The notes under the pieces are model-generated. The model ran no database searches and was not told the origin of the DNA. It saw only the letters and a list, made by a program, of their open reading frames with translations. This document shows positions 10,946-24,165 of a DNA stretch of 64,000 nt, in pieces. Origin of the DNA: Chara braunii (lineage: Eukaryota > Plantae > Charophyceae); the NCBI GenBank assembly GCA_003427395.1, contig BFEA01000013.1, forward strand, positions 5,292,052 through 5,356,051. Direction: 5' to 3'. Numbering within the stretch: the stretch's first letter is position 1; every line of letters begins with the position of its first letter. Made by a program: the position numbers and the translations under genes.

Positions 10946-12685
10946 GGATTTTCACATCGTTACGGGATGCTACTATTAAGTACCTTAGAGTGCAAGACGG
11001 AGTTGAACTTCATTAACTCGACAGGCGATGCCTGCCTTGATTTTGTGACGAAGGTCATTGCTACCTGCGAGTGTTCTTCGAAGTTTTAAGCTTCATCAAC
11101 TTGTGCTATCTGATTGATAGCAGGTCGATTTGCGACTCAACTCCTACCCATTGTGATACCCACGTCCATATGTCTGTGACCCTGTAGGCGAAAGACATTT
11201 CCGTATGAAAGAAAACCTATCCTTGAGACCTCTCTTGAATGGCCATGCAAAAGCTGTGTAAATCGTGGTGGGCGGATATGCCTTTGTTGAGTAGGGGTCG
11301 GAAAGGGGCGTGTGAGACATGAACCTGGGAGCAAAGAAGTTGACCACGTTTTGTGGCATCTGCGTATGGATTTTCATTGGATTCCATGTGTGTGCATGTA
11401 TATATGGGAGCGATGACTCGCTTCTAAATTAAGGGTGATATGGGTGAATGAATGAAGGGTATGAGTGACAAGATCCAACTATGGCTGTGAGAATGACTCT
11501 CCCTGATTTCCCCCGAGACTCGCCCTTTTCTTTTTCTTATTTTGCTCTTGCCGCGCGCATCTCGCGAGCAGACAGGAGTAGCCGAGCGTAAGGTTTAGCG
11601 CTCGACCTTAGATCGGACTGAGACTTAGCTGGGGTACGGCAAATTGCTCGTCAACCCGCGAGTACTCGTATTTTCCTTCCACAGGGGAAGGACGAGCGAA
11701 CCCCGTCTCAAAAGGGTTTTTGCTCTTTACATTATTAGTCGGACGTTTGTCCTGAGCCCGGAATTCGAGGTCCTTGTCCAGGATATTCTAGGCTCCGGCC
11801 CTGCGCAAAAATGTTTCCCCCTTGAGCCGGACTGCGCCCCTTGCTTATCGTCACCCACTGCCTAAAAGACAGGGGTGCTGCAAGGGTCGAACGACTTATC
11901 CCCCAGCCATGCAATATCGTGAAGGAGAAACCCTTCATGATATTTCGCTTTCGATACTTGAGTATCGTACGCAACCCCGAAATCCATGAGAGGTTGTGCG
12001 AATGTGGGTAACGCATGAAGCGTCGCCATGATAGCAGGTCAAGTGAGCACACATGACTGAGCGTTATGGTTCCCTCGATGGTTGCATTCTTTTTATGCAA
12101 CTCAGTGCGGGACTCGCTCAGACACATTGGCAGTTTCAAGTTATGGATCAGAACGTATGAAAAAGGGACTAGACATTTTGTTTGTCTGAATTATTTTTAT
12201 TTTGTCATGTATCGCGTGGTTGAGCTAGAATGTCCTAGTCGACCGACGCTGAACTGCACGTGGGAGATCAGCGCCCCAGCGTGACGGTTCGCGTACGGGT
12301 TCGAGCTAGGCGTGGACCGCGCGTACCCCCTATGCTACAGCATACGAGAAACGCCCTCGGCTGGGCCACCTCCACGATTGCAAGTAAAAACTTTCGCGTG
12401 TGGTTCAGTAGCTCGGCGGGGATACGCCCACCCACGGGATGGTGACAGCTCCCACGGGTGGAGGTAAGTTGTACCTCGCGAGACCCTGTCCTGTCGTAGG
12501 GGCTCCATGGAGGTATAGCTGGCGCACTCGGCCGGAGCGGCTCCGCCGCTTCCCTTTTCGTGAAGCGACTTGCAAATTTATGCCAATCCTGCGTGACGCG
12601 GCCGGGAAGGTTCCCCCAGCGGGGACCTTGCGCACAACACCGCAATTTAACCCATATTTCAAGTTTGTCATTAAGCCTCTCCCTT

Positions 12686-13172
12686 TCTCTCTCTCTCTCT
12701 CTCTCTGTCTCTCTGGTAGGCCCCCCGCCTCCCTCTCTCTCTATCTCTCTTTCTTTCTCTCTCTCTCTCTCTCTCTCTNNNNNNNNNNNNNNNNNNNNNN
12801 NNNNNNNNNNNNNNNNNNNNNNNNNNNNNNNNNNNNNNNNNNNNNNNNNNNNNNNNNNNNNNNNNNNNNNNNNNNNNNNNNNNNNNNNNNNNNNNNNNNN
12901 NNNNNNNNNNNNNNNNNNNNNNNNNNNNNNNNNNNNNNNNNNNNNNNNNNNNNNNNNNNNNNNNNNNNNNNNNNNNNNNNNNNNNNNNNNNNNNNNNNNN
13001 NNNNNNNNNNNNNNNNNNNNNNNNNNNNNNNNNNNNNNNNNNNNNNNNNNNNNNNNNNNNNNNNNNNNNNNNNNNNNNNNNNNNNNNNNNNNNNNNNNNN
13101 NNNNNNNNNNNNNNNNNNNNNNNNNNNNNNNNNNNNNNNNNNNNNNNNNNNNNNNNNNAATGGAACAAAACA

Positions 13173-13223
<51 letters not shown>
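12686..13223. repeat. (CT)n microsatellite flanking an assembly gap (N at 12779-13158)
   Basis: Read directly from the sequence. Confidence 0.95.
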
Positions 13224-13228
<5 letters not shown>

Positions 13229-13554
13229 CGAGCTCATAGTCTCATTGATTTGGCTACCTTAGGGCTGCGTTCCCCGCACCCACGCGGTAGACAATTATTC
13301 TGCGTACGAAAAATCGCCAAAGTTGGCGCTCGAAAATTGCAAGATTGGACCCGCCTGCGCCTTCGGCGCCCCCCCTAAAAACCCGCCCTAATTCACCACA
13401 GGGCCTGCGTCCATGCCGTTTCAGATTCGAAATTTCAAGGCCCTAATGCCACGGGCAGCTACCGGTCATGCACTTCCTTGAACTGCCTATTTCCCACGAA
13501 TTGGACCCCCAGCAAATACACCACCCTTCCAACTACCGCACCGTTTGGTGACGA

Positions 13555-13710
13555 CGACGAAAAATGTTCCCAGGGCATAAAAAACGCAATGTTCCCAGAG
13601 CATAAAACGCACCCCTGACGGGGTGCAAACTACCGCACCTGACGAAAAATGTTCCCAGGGCATAAAAAACGCAATGTTCCCAGGGCATAAAACGCAACCC
13701 TGACGGGCTG
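13555..13710. repeat. Two-copy ~85-bp tandem duplication upstream of TAF2
   Basis: gacgaaaaatgttcccagggcataaaaaacgcaatgttcccag[a/g]gcataaaacgca[c/a]ccctgacggg occurs twice. Confidence 0.85.
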
Positions 13711-14559
13711 CGAACTGTAAGTAGGGTGGGATGAGGCCCTAAGAACCATCCAGTTGCTTTCCAAACCTTTGGGGCAAACCTGGGGGTTCACCTCTGAATT
13801 GAAGGGACAAGTTGTCTCTGAACGCTGACGTGGACGCCTGTAGTCGTTTTGCTCATTGTGAGCCCTGTGGTACGGTTCCCACAGATCACACAAAATTCAA
13901 GATACCGGATTCAGCCTGCAGGATGCTTTATAATGCGTGCAGGTGATGGAAGGTGTAATTGTCGTCGGCGTGGCAAGGCTGATCGGCTTGAGCTAATCGC
14001 TGCCTGTCGGCGGGGGCTGCAGTCTGTTCCGGCAGCAGTCCTCACGGGAGGACAGGTGGCGCGGCCAAAAGCATCCAGGGAAGGAACGACGAAATCATGA
14101 CCGCAGATGAAAGTATTAGGTGGGACGGACGGATTGTGGGAAGTGTTGGAGCCGGGGTTTAAAGCAATCCATTTGATCTTCTCGCGGCAGCGAGCGGCGG
14201 GCAAGACGGGCTGTGTAGGAGGGATACTGAGGGAGAAGGACGAGACCGAAGACGTCTATGAAGATCGACAGTCGGGAGGGGAAGGAATCGCATGAGGCGA
14301 GCCGCGTGAAGTGGGGGCGGAGGGGTGGGAAGTAGACTGTTGGCATGTAGTTCGGGAAAGAACGAAGAGAGGCTGGGAAGGAAATCTACTCGCAGCGAAC
14401 TAGCGATGAGAGCTGTCGAGTGCTCGTGAAGAGGTTGGTGAGATAGCCGGCTTGGGAGGGGATGTTAGAGTTGGGGGGGAGAGACGGCACCCTGGATGTG
14501 TGCGCCGAGACAACGACGGATTCGCCGCCGTCCGTTTGGGCGCGTGCGAAAAAAGCAGG

Positions 14560-14660
14560 ATGGGGAGTCAGAACGAGAGTAAGATGGTGGCCAAGTGCTG
14601 CAAGGTGCGGCACCAAAGGCTTTGCCTCGCCGTGGATATGGCGGATGAACGGCTCTTGGG
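14560..14660 (+). CDS. TAF2: TFIID subunit 2 (TAF2), coding exon 1
   Basis: MGSQNESKMVAKCCKVRHQRLCLAVDMADERLLG resembles the plant TAF2 N-terminus as I recall it ([21 protein letters not shown]). Donor GG|GTACGG at 14660/14661 is phase 2 and joins in frame to exon 2. Confidence 0.8.
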
Positions 14661-15220
14661 GTACGGCGACGGCTCTGCCTGCGACTCCTGGATGTTCTCG
14701 AACAAAAAAACAATCAAAACAAACAAAATAAACTCCCTGTCGACAAAATCAAGCAGTTTTTAATCACCCGTCCCAGCCAATCAAATTCTCATTGCACTGC
14801 TCGTCGACGAACAAAACAGTCCAGCAGTAGTTGGCAACACGTTGCTCAGTTCAGTCGATCCAGTTCTTGGCAAATAGTTGCACAGTCGATCAAACTATCA
14901 GAGCGCAAGCATCTCGGTCGGGGTCTGCAAAAAATAGTCCTTTAAGAGTTAAGAATGGTTTGCAGAGAGTTCGGCCGCCCGCCGTTTGGGGTGGGGAGGG
15001 TTTTGTGTCGGGTTTGGGGGAAGTTGGTCACTGTTTTCCTGAGTGTCAAAAGTTAACAACTGAGGAAAGGATTTTTCATTCATCAATTGATTATAGCACA
15101 AGATGTTAGTTTGTACGGTGTTCTAGGCATGGCTAAAGGCACCAAAATCCAAGAGACACGAGGTCGGTGCTTGAAACAGAGAATAATCATCGAGTCGATC
15201 ATCCCTTGAATCAGGGCATA

Positions 15221-15731
15221 TTCCTGATAATCGATCGATTGAAATGCTAAGCTTCTCCGCGGTCGCTTAGGGCATTGCTCGATGAAGGCCGTCGGCTGGT
15301 TGACATGTCCCACCGTCAAGCAGTTCCTTACCATTCCTGATAATCGATCGATTGAAATGCTAAGCGTCTCCGCGGTCGCTTAGGGCATTGCTCGATGAAG
15401 GCCGTCGGCTGGTTGACATGTCCCACCGTCAAGCAGTTCCTTACCATTCCCTCGAAATGGTGTCGTGCACGCTTGTAGCTCCCTTTGATCGATCGGAGTC
15501 CTAAGCTTCTCCTCTGTCGCTTAGGGCTCTGCTCGATGAAGGTCGTCGGCTGGTTGACATGTCCCACCGTCAAGCAGTTCCTTACCATTCCCTCGAAATG
15601 GTGTCGTGCACGCTTGTAGCTCCCTTTGATCGATCGGAGTCCTAAGCTTCTCCTCTGTCGTTTAGGGCTCTGGTTGATGAAGGTCGTCGTCTGGTTGACA
15701 TGTCCACCGTCAAGCAGTTCCTTACCATTCC
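15221..15731. repeat. Tandem array of ~110-120-bp units
   Basis: ggctggttgacatgtcccaccgtcaagcagttccttaccattcc recurs 4 times; the same repetition is visible in ORF 15328-15978. Confidence 0.9.
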
Positions 15732-16302
15732 CTTGTAATGGAATCGTGCGAGTTTGTAACGCCAGAACACGAGGGAGTGGATCGGCTAGCTCCCCTTTCT
15801 GATCTGTTCGGTCTAGTGGCCGTGTGGAAATGCCTTGAACGAGATGGCAGATTATCGCCAATGGATCGCTCCTGTGCTTGGGAATGTATATGGCCACCGT
15901 TTCACTGGTCATGAAGAGAGCGATACAGGCGGAATGGTAACATCCTAGATGTGCGTCCCTTTTTAAGCAATCGCGCAAGAAATTGACTGGTTGGAGTTAG
16001 GAGAAAATGTAGATGGGACGATGAAGGGAGAAAGAGTTGACTAATAGTGGGGACTTTAGCCAAAAACATGAGAGATACCCTTAGGGTTTTATTTGCGGGG
16101 AAAGGGAGTGCCTATTGAGCTCTGGACCATCAAAGCGAGTGAAACGGAAAGGAAAAGTGGGGGGATCGGGGGTGAGAAGCCGTTGGAGTTTCATTTGTGG
16201 GGAAAGTTAGTGTCTATGATCTTTGGACCCTTAAGAGGGAGTCAGGAAGGGTTGTGCATGTGTGTGGAGGGGAAGCGAGGTGAGCCGGGCTGGGGAGGGG
16301 AT

Positions 16303-16393
<91 letters not shown>
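16303..16393. repeat. (GA)n microsatellite
   Basis: Read directly from the sequence. Confidence 0.95.
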
Positions 16394-16395
<2 letters not shown>

Positions 16396-18544
16396 GGGGC
16401 CGTAGATCGCTGGAGGAGAGGGGAAAGGAGTAGCAGGAAGGAAGGGCAAGGTTGATAGATAGAGTAGATGCGGGAAGTTGAGAGAATTGGGCAACGGGCG
16501 TGACACTGCGCGGAGAGGTGATCATTTCCAGACAGGCGTTGGATATCATAATCCAAAACTTTCCCTGACAACAGGACCCATTAAGAAGTGGACTCGAAAG
16601 CTGCCGCAGGAATCATTGAATAGCTCAGAAAATCATGAGCACTTGCTTCTAGTAGGTTGATTTCTGGTCACCGGGTGTGACGGCCAGGACATGGTAAGAG
16701 TCTGTTCCAACCCTTCGCCATCTTGATGTCTATGCTTTGCAGCGCTTTTCAGGGGTTCGGTTGACTGCGATAGGTTTGCACACAACATCATCGCGGTCGT
16801 TTATGTAACAAGTCTACCTGCCCAAGGTCATATCGTGTTGGTATTGGGACCGTTGTCTTTGTCCGTCCTGTGGCCATTACGCTCGCCGGGAACGCACTTG
16901 CACCGTCTCATGGCCGTCGTCGTTAAGGCTGTGGCACGATCTGCAGTCTGTGGGCTGAAGGATTGATGGCCGATATTCTCTTGGCAAAACTAGCGACAGT
17001 ATCCAGGACATCGGTATTTGGAGACGCTGACTTAGTAGGTTCTGCCTCTACGCTGCTTGGAGCTCGTTAGTCTCCGTGCTGTCCGCTCCAGGTGGTTCCC
17101 TCCTCGCGGTGGCCACGTTGGGTTGGTCCGATCATGAGGCGTAGTCTGCACGTATGTTGCTTGTATCTCGTATTTTTTGTACGCTTGTCCACGACACCGG
17201 AGCATGCTTGCTTGGTTCGAGTATGAGGCGCACGTACCGCGGACTTGGAGTGCGCGGGCGCACGAGCGGAGCACGCTGGGGAGCACACTCCACACGCACT
17301 TACACGTACGCGGAGCACTCGCATAAAGCTAAGGGTTGGTCGTTGTCCTAGGAAAAATCAAGGCTGGTGTAAATCAGGACCGCCGCACATACGCGAGTAG
17401 GATCGTCACCGTTTCCACGTTGTGTGGGGGTGTGTCCACTCGCATGGAGTGAAGCTGAGAAGCACGTGTGGTAATCCGGGGTGAAGCTGACGTAGGCCTA
17501 TTCTCTCTCCTTTGCTCAGCCATCTACTGCGGCGGAGGGGTGGTGGGATGTGGACGAAACCCCTCTCAGCTGTTCGTTATAGATCCACTATGAGCGCGGT
17601 GAGCAGTCAATTATGGTGCGCATGGAGTGAACAGCCACAGCTTCACGACGCTGCCTGGTAGTCATCATATGTGCGGACGAAACAGGTGTGTATCTCCCGT
17701 GTTTAGCATATGTGCAAACCGCCGCAGCTGAACCACCTGGCCCTCACGATCATCATTCCTCCTGTCGCTGAGTGCTATGGCGCCACCGCCTTCATCCGAA
17801 GGGAGCGCACTGTCGTTATAACTGTACTTAAGGCAACTTCCAGTCGAGAGATGGCGATAACGATCGTGCGGTCTATTCCGGGAAGGACGGCAGTGATGTT
17901 GAAGCGGATGCCCGATTATGTCCCGCATTGATCAGCATATTCTTCATCCTTGCTGCAGTGAAGAGAGTGATGAGCGTGTATAGCTCGCATCATTTTTGTA
18001 AACCGTGTAAACTTTCAGCCGAAAGATAGCCTTAACGACCGTGCGTTCTATTCGGGGGAAGTGATGGGAAAGCGGACGAAACGTGATTGATGCCCGATTA
18101 TGTCCCGCAGAGATCAGCACATTCTCATCCTCGCTGCAGCGAAGAGAATGATGAGAGTGTAAGCTCGGATCATTTTTGTAAACCGGGAAAGGGCATACCC
18201 ACACTAGGACGCTTCGACCGAATTTGATCGTTGTCATAGAGGTCAGATACACGCACGAAAGTTCAGGTGTGTGTATATACCTTATCTTTGTAATCCTTGT
18301 TTTCCAGCCATCGCCTCTTCCTCTCTCTTGTTTTCCTGTCAACAGATCGGGCGTGTCAACAAAAGTAACTCCTACCCTTATCGTCCTTTTTCCGACCCGG
18401 TCTTTCTGAGCGTTCTTCGGGTTGTCGTAATTGTTAAAATGGTTTCGTGGGTCTTCCTCATACCTTCTGTCTGCGCATCATTCTGCTCGTACGCACGTCA
18501 TCATCCCCACCATCTTCGAGGCTATCTTGCTTAGCATGTTGTTT

Positions 18545-18578
18545 CACACACACACAGACACACATACACACACACACA

Positions 18579-18630
<52 letters not shown>
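18545..18630. repeat. Compound (CA)n(GA)n microsatellite
   Basis: Read directly from the sequence. Confidence 0.95.
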
Positions 18631-18631
<1 letters not shown>

Positions 18632-21600
18632 GATCGATGTCATAAATACGGTTATCGGCGGTGAATGCTTCTCCTTCGCATCATCGTGGACTATCCCGTA
18701 TCGTCTCGATTCGTACCACCCTCTTAGGGTTCTGGTTGCTTGGCAGCAAGTGACTGATCTGTTTGGTTCACTGTTGTAATATGCCTTCCGGATCCCTGTT
18801 CGTGGAGATGGCGCGGGTGATGTACCTTTCTCAGGTTTCCCTTTCTGTCGCGACCGCCCCTACTGTTGAGCAATGGTGATGACATTTTCGGGTCTGCCAA
18901 CCTTGGTTGGAGGTGTATTAGGGGGTCTTCTGGCTTAATCAGCTCTTCTCGTCTGCGCGGCTTCCCGGGTTCTCGTTTCCTGTGCTTTCTTTCTTCACTC
19001 GCTCGGTGGTCGTCTCCACCTTAGATCAGCCACTTTCTTCACTCGCTCGGTGTTCCAACTATTTTCGGGTGGCTTTACAATGATCCGAATTGCAGTCGTG
19101 ATTGCGCGGGACTGTACGCCAGAAGACGCGGCGCGAGTGCAGTCGTCATTGCGCGGGACTGTACGCAATAAGGTCACCGCAGCGCGGACTATGGTGGTGA
19201 AGCAGACGTCAGGGAGGAGAGGTGGGCAGGGAGTTTGTCTTTTCGAGAGGGATGCCTTCTTCCAGCAGCACATGTTGTAGTACTAGCATTTGAAAAGGTT
19301 TGTCTGGATGTTGTTCTGGCCTCTGTAGACGTGTCCGGTGCGCACGGCGATATAGCGGGGAGCGTCTCACCACAGTTGTTTGCTCTTATGAGAGCGACCT
19401 CACCACACACAAGTAGTCGATTTTCGTGATTGTTTTTTGCCGTCCCCGTGCGTCTCCACGGTGGTTGTACCCCTGCGGTCGCCCGTGGCTTTGCGGCTGC
19501 GGCTTCGGCGATCCCTGGTCGTTTTCTGTATGTTGTCGTGCCGTCTCCAGCCCGTATGCATGTATGCAGGAGGGTCGCTCGCCGGATGGCGGTGGCAGTG
19601 TAAGGGGGGCATCCGCCCTATTCCTCGAAAGCGAGTTCATCATGCCGGATCCCCTCTCTTTGGCCCCGTCACGTTACTCCGGCTCGTGGACTCTGTCTGG
19701 CTGGTCTCGCTGCTGGCGCTCTCTTGTCCGCCCCCCCATTTAACTGTCGTTTGTTCAGTTTTTCTCCGCATGCACTCGCTCTCCGAAAGCCTTATTCTGA
19801 CGTGCCTGCATAGGCGGGCGCTTTCTATGCTGCTTCGTTGTGCTGGTGCGTAGTTCCCATGAGACGGGAGTGGAAGTCGGGAGGGAGTTCGAGATGGATT
19901 TTGCGCTCCTCTTGCTGCCGGTAACTGGTGTGCGCTGCCAGAAGAGTCCCTGTGTAGGTGTCAGCGGTCATGCTGTCGTACGACCGTTCTTTCTCGATCA
20001 GTTGAATACAGTAAGGTCTTGGTAGTCCCGAAAATTCGTGATCTGTTTGTTAATGAAGTTTCGTGTGTGTGTCATGCAGCCACATCGGATGGGTAACTAT
20101 AGCCTCTCTATATAGACTTGCCATGCAGAGGGTATCAGAAAGAGCGAAGGACTTAGGGTACCCTGTTCGGATTACAGATACGGACAAGATTTTGAGATCG
20201 CACTGTTGGGGCGTCGATCGACTCTTTGTCGATGATGACTGTTGATGCGGCTCGGCCGGTCACCAATCCGTGGAGCAGCGAAGCGTTCACTTGGGAGTAG
20301 ACGCAGTGTAGGGAGAACGTTTGTGTGTTGGTGATCACCATCGCTGTATTCAATGACTTTGTCAATGTCCGGCCGTGCGTCGATGTTGCTGTCGATTGGA
20401 TCGGACGGTGGGAGCGACTGTGTGGATTGGGGATCCGTCGCTCGGCATTGGGACTTAACGCTGGAATTCCGCGATGAGGAGGAAGGTGAACACGATGGCT
20501 TAGACGGCTGAGGAGGAAGGTGAACACGATGGCGTAGAAGGCTCGGATGCGATATTGCGTTGAAGGTTGGCAATGGGTTCAGCTTTCGGTGGATCGAGTA
20601 TCGGTCGTTCGGCATTGGGATATGCTGGAATTCCTCGATGAGCTGGAAGGTGAATATGACGGCGTGGACGACTCAGGCGCGGAACGATACGGCGTTTGAG
20701 GTTGGCGATGGGTTCACCTTCGCACGCCGGGGATGAGCTGATGTGTAGCGGATGCTGATAATGCGCCTGGGGTCCGAGCCGGGCTTAGCGTGGTGCGTAG
20801 ATTGGTAACTACCTGCTGTCTCAATTATCAGGGCGAACAGATATCTTTCTTATCGTCAATCCGGTCTGGTGTCTTTTCTGTCCTCAGTAATCGGCTGGCC
20901 ATTGGTCATTCCTCGTCCCACCTATCGTCTTGTTCCCATGGTGGGGGGGGAGGGGGGAGAAGGTGGGGGGGAGGAAGCTGGCCAAGGGACGGCATGCCCA
21001 CTTCTTGAGCAAGGACGCGAAAAAGACGATGCGGCAGAGTTTTATCAGTGCAGCTGTGCGTCTGAGAAAGGAGGTGAAGTGGGAAACTCTCATTTCAGAG
21101 AAAGAGGAGGTGCAATGGAAAGCGGGGCCACTGTTAATCGACCTGGTTATCTATTTCAGAGAAAGAGAAGGTGAAGTGGGAAACTCTCATTTCAGAGAAA
21201 GAGGTGAAGTGGGAAACTCTCACTGCGATTGTGCGTATCGTCCAAATGGAAAGTCCCGTCTATGCCGGCCGGTAATCTATGCTTGCACTGGGCAACCTTG
21301 GAAGTGATTTCTATGCGATGAAGGGAACTCCAAATGCGACGACGTTGCTTGATCCTGTGGCAATTGGACAGCTCAGCACCCGGGTCGGCAGGGCGACGGT
21401 TGGCTATCCTTTTCAATACACTGTGATGGCTGGCTGAAATCCAAGAGAGTTTTGCTGACAAGCCTGGTTATCCGTCTCAATGCCATGTGGTGGCTGAGGT
21501 TACCCAGCCAACGGTTGGCTATCCATTTCAATACATTGTGACGGCTGACTGAAATCCCGTGAGAACGCGCACAGATTACCGTCTTCCCCCGAATCCAAGA

Positions 21601-22898
21601 GAGTTCTGCTGACAAGCCCGGTTATCCATCTCAGTGCCTGGTTAGTCTAGATACAGCTATAATGGCCATGCGTCTATTCGGCGGAAGATGGAAGTATGCC
21701 CCTGCCCTACTTAGAATCTACCCGAGGGACATGACAGTGCCCATGGCTGCTGCACATTTAGGCGCGCTCTCACAGGGGCATTCTGGCCAGCTCAACACGA
21801 ACGGGCGGCGTAGGCAGTTTCCCTCAATCAGAACTTAACCGAACTCGTCTGTTCACATTTTGCGCGCGCTTACGATGGAGGTGCTCATCATCATCAAATG
21901 TTTCTCCTTCGGGCGTGTACAGATATAGTGCCCGCGACGGGGCGAGCATGATGAAGAAGTGTCAACTTTATCATCATGAAATTGACTATTGCCTCAAAAT
22001 GTGGACAATTTGGGTGCCCAGCTGCTTGCTCCCATCAAGCGCATCAACTGGGCAGCCAATCAAGGGCTCCACCGAAATCTTTGCAATATCACCAGGTCCA
22101 TCGAGATATGATACCCTTACAGTGAACCGGCTTCTCGTATTTTGCATTACAGTGCCCGATAGCCGGCGTCTTGTATTTTGCAAGCTGTCAATGAACGACT
22201 GACCTTGAGGACGTCCGTAGTCGAGGGGAAATGGCCTGTTGCTGCTTTCTGGCTCAGGCAGGGTTTGGGAGCTACGCTGCTGTGTGCCCTGCGCAGTTTC
22301 CTCCGTTCACCTTGCCTTTTGTGTGTGTGTGTCCTGTCTTGGACTTGTGGTATAGTGATTGGCGGCCCTGTTCTCTGCTTGTTCTTAGGGGCACACATAT
22401 CCGGTATCTGGCTTTCCGATTCCAGCTAGGATTGTCTTAGCGGCAATCCTGCAGCACACATCCTGTATCGGGCTTTCTGATTCTAGTGAGGATTGATCGG
22501 CGATTCCGCGATTGAAAGTGGTAAGACTCCATTCCTCTGTTGTCATATGGTGCACGTTATAATCGGCCATCGTCATCATCGCTCTCCCTCTCTCTCTCTC
22601 TCTCGGTCTTCTTCTCCCTGTTAACTTCTTCCATTGCCGTTCACCGCGCTGTTCACCGCCCTTGTACGGGTTTCAGTCCCTCTGCTTATCCATAGAGGAG
22701 CGGAAACTTGGTCCACAAGCGGGACAACCGAACATCGTCTGCTAATTAAACGAGCAGACGGCCTTTAGATCGGGAGGAGGCTTTTTAGGGCAGAAAAGAG
22801 AGCAAGGAACGACTTTATGCGAGATCTGTCGATGTGATCGACCTTTTGTCAATGATCCTCGTGAGGGACTGGCATCGAACAAGTTTATCTGAGCCGAT

Positions 22899-23080
22899 TG
22901 ATGCTACCCAGTTTCAAAAGAACGCCAATTGTCTCACGTTGTCGGTTTGAAAGCCCCACATTGCATCCCATCGCAGAAGCAGAAGTTATGATGCTACCCA
23001 GTTTCGAAAGAAGGCCAATTGTCTCACGTTGTCGGTTTGAAAGCCCCACATTGCATCGCATCGCAGAAGCAGAAGTTATG
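22899..23080. repeat. Two-copy 90-bp tandem duplication
   Basis: atgctacccagtttc...cagaagcagaagttatg at 22901 and 22991. Confidence 0.9.
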
Positions 23081-23294
23081 TAGAAAGCTTGGTTTTGCAT
23101 CGTAGAAACAGACGTTATGTTGCGGTGGCAGGACTGCTGAAAACATAGTTCGAAGTTCTGCGTGCTTGACCCTCTGGATTGTGAATCAATTCAGAATTCT
23201 GTCTTTTCATTCTTCTTCTAAAGCGTGTTCTCAAGGTTCCATTGCCTTGGCAGGACTGCTGAAAACAGATCTTGAAATCGCTTGTAGGTCAAGC

Positions 23295-24165
23295 GCGCTT
23301 GAGGGTGGCAGTGAGAACATACGCGCGACATGTGCAATTTCTAAACCATTGTCCTATCCCGGGTTATTGACATCAATGTGTAAGCCATTGTCCTATCCCG
23401 GGTGGCCACGTCCGTGTTGCCTCGGCAGCGCTGGCGCCATAACCGTACCCGTGATCAGAACTTAACATACCACTGTGCTGAACCCGAAGCCATTGCCATT
23501 TGCCACACGATTACCCTTACGCCGAGGGTAGCGGTGAGAACATAAGCGCGGCATGTGCGATGTCTAAACCATTGTCCTATTCAGGGTTATTGACATCGAC
23601 CCTTATGGCCAGTTGACGTATCACTGTGCTGAAGCCGAAGCCATTGCCATTTGCTATACAATTACCCTTACGCCGAGGGTGGCAGTGAGAGCATACGCGC
23701 GACATGTGCAATGTCTAAACAATTGTCCAGGATTATTGATATCAAGCCATATGGCCACTTGATGTATCACTGTGCTGAAGCCGAAACCATTGCCATTGCC
23801 ATTTGCATACGATTATGCCGAGGGTGGCAGTGAGAACATACGCTAGATGTGTGCAATGTCTAAACCATTGTCCTATGCAGGGTTATTGACATTTGTCCTA
23901 TGCAGGGTTATTGACATTTGTCCTATGCAGGGTTATTGACATCAACCGATATGGCCACGTCGATTACCCTTACACCAAGGGTGGCTGTGAGAACATATGA
24001 GCGACATGTGCAACTAAACCATTGTCCTATCCAGGGTTACTGACATCAACCCATATGGCCACGTACATATTGCCTCAGCAGCACTGGCGCCTAAACCCTA
24101 CCTGCGATCAGAACGTAACGTATCACTGTGCTGACGCCGAAGCCATTGCCATTTGCCATACGTAA
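23295..24165. repeat. Degenerate tandem array (~150-200-bp units) ending ~350 bp before the TAF2 exon 2 acceptor
   Basis: Recurring gagggtggcagtgagaacatacgcgcgacatgtgcaatgtctaaaccattgtcctat...gggttattgacatc and cactgtgctgaagccgaagccattgccatttgc. Confidence 0.85.

Larger units (their letters stand above)
3412..12639 (+). mobile_element. Giant non-coding element family, copy 1 (~9.2 kb; giant solo LTR or non-autonomous element)
   Basis: Starts tgtcg (3412), ends caaca (12639), flanked by a perfect 4-bp duplication ccgc (3408-3411 and 12640-12643). Colinear inverted homology islands with 49643-57627. No recognisable protein-coding ORF. Strand is assigned by convention. Confidence 0.85.

Noticed and set aside
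12268-13378. Long ORFs (266-301 aa) in the ORF track
   Set aside because: They are read-throughs of an N gap and a (CT)n microsatellite.
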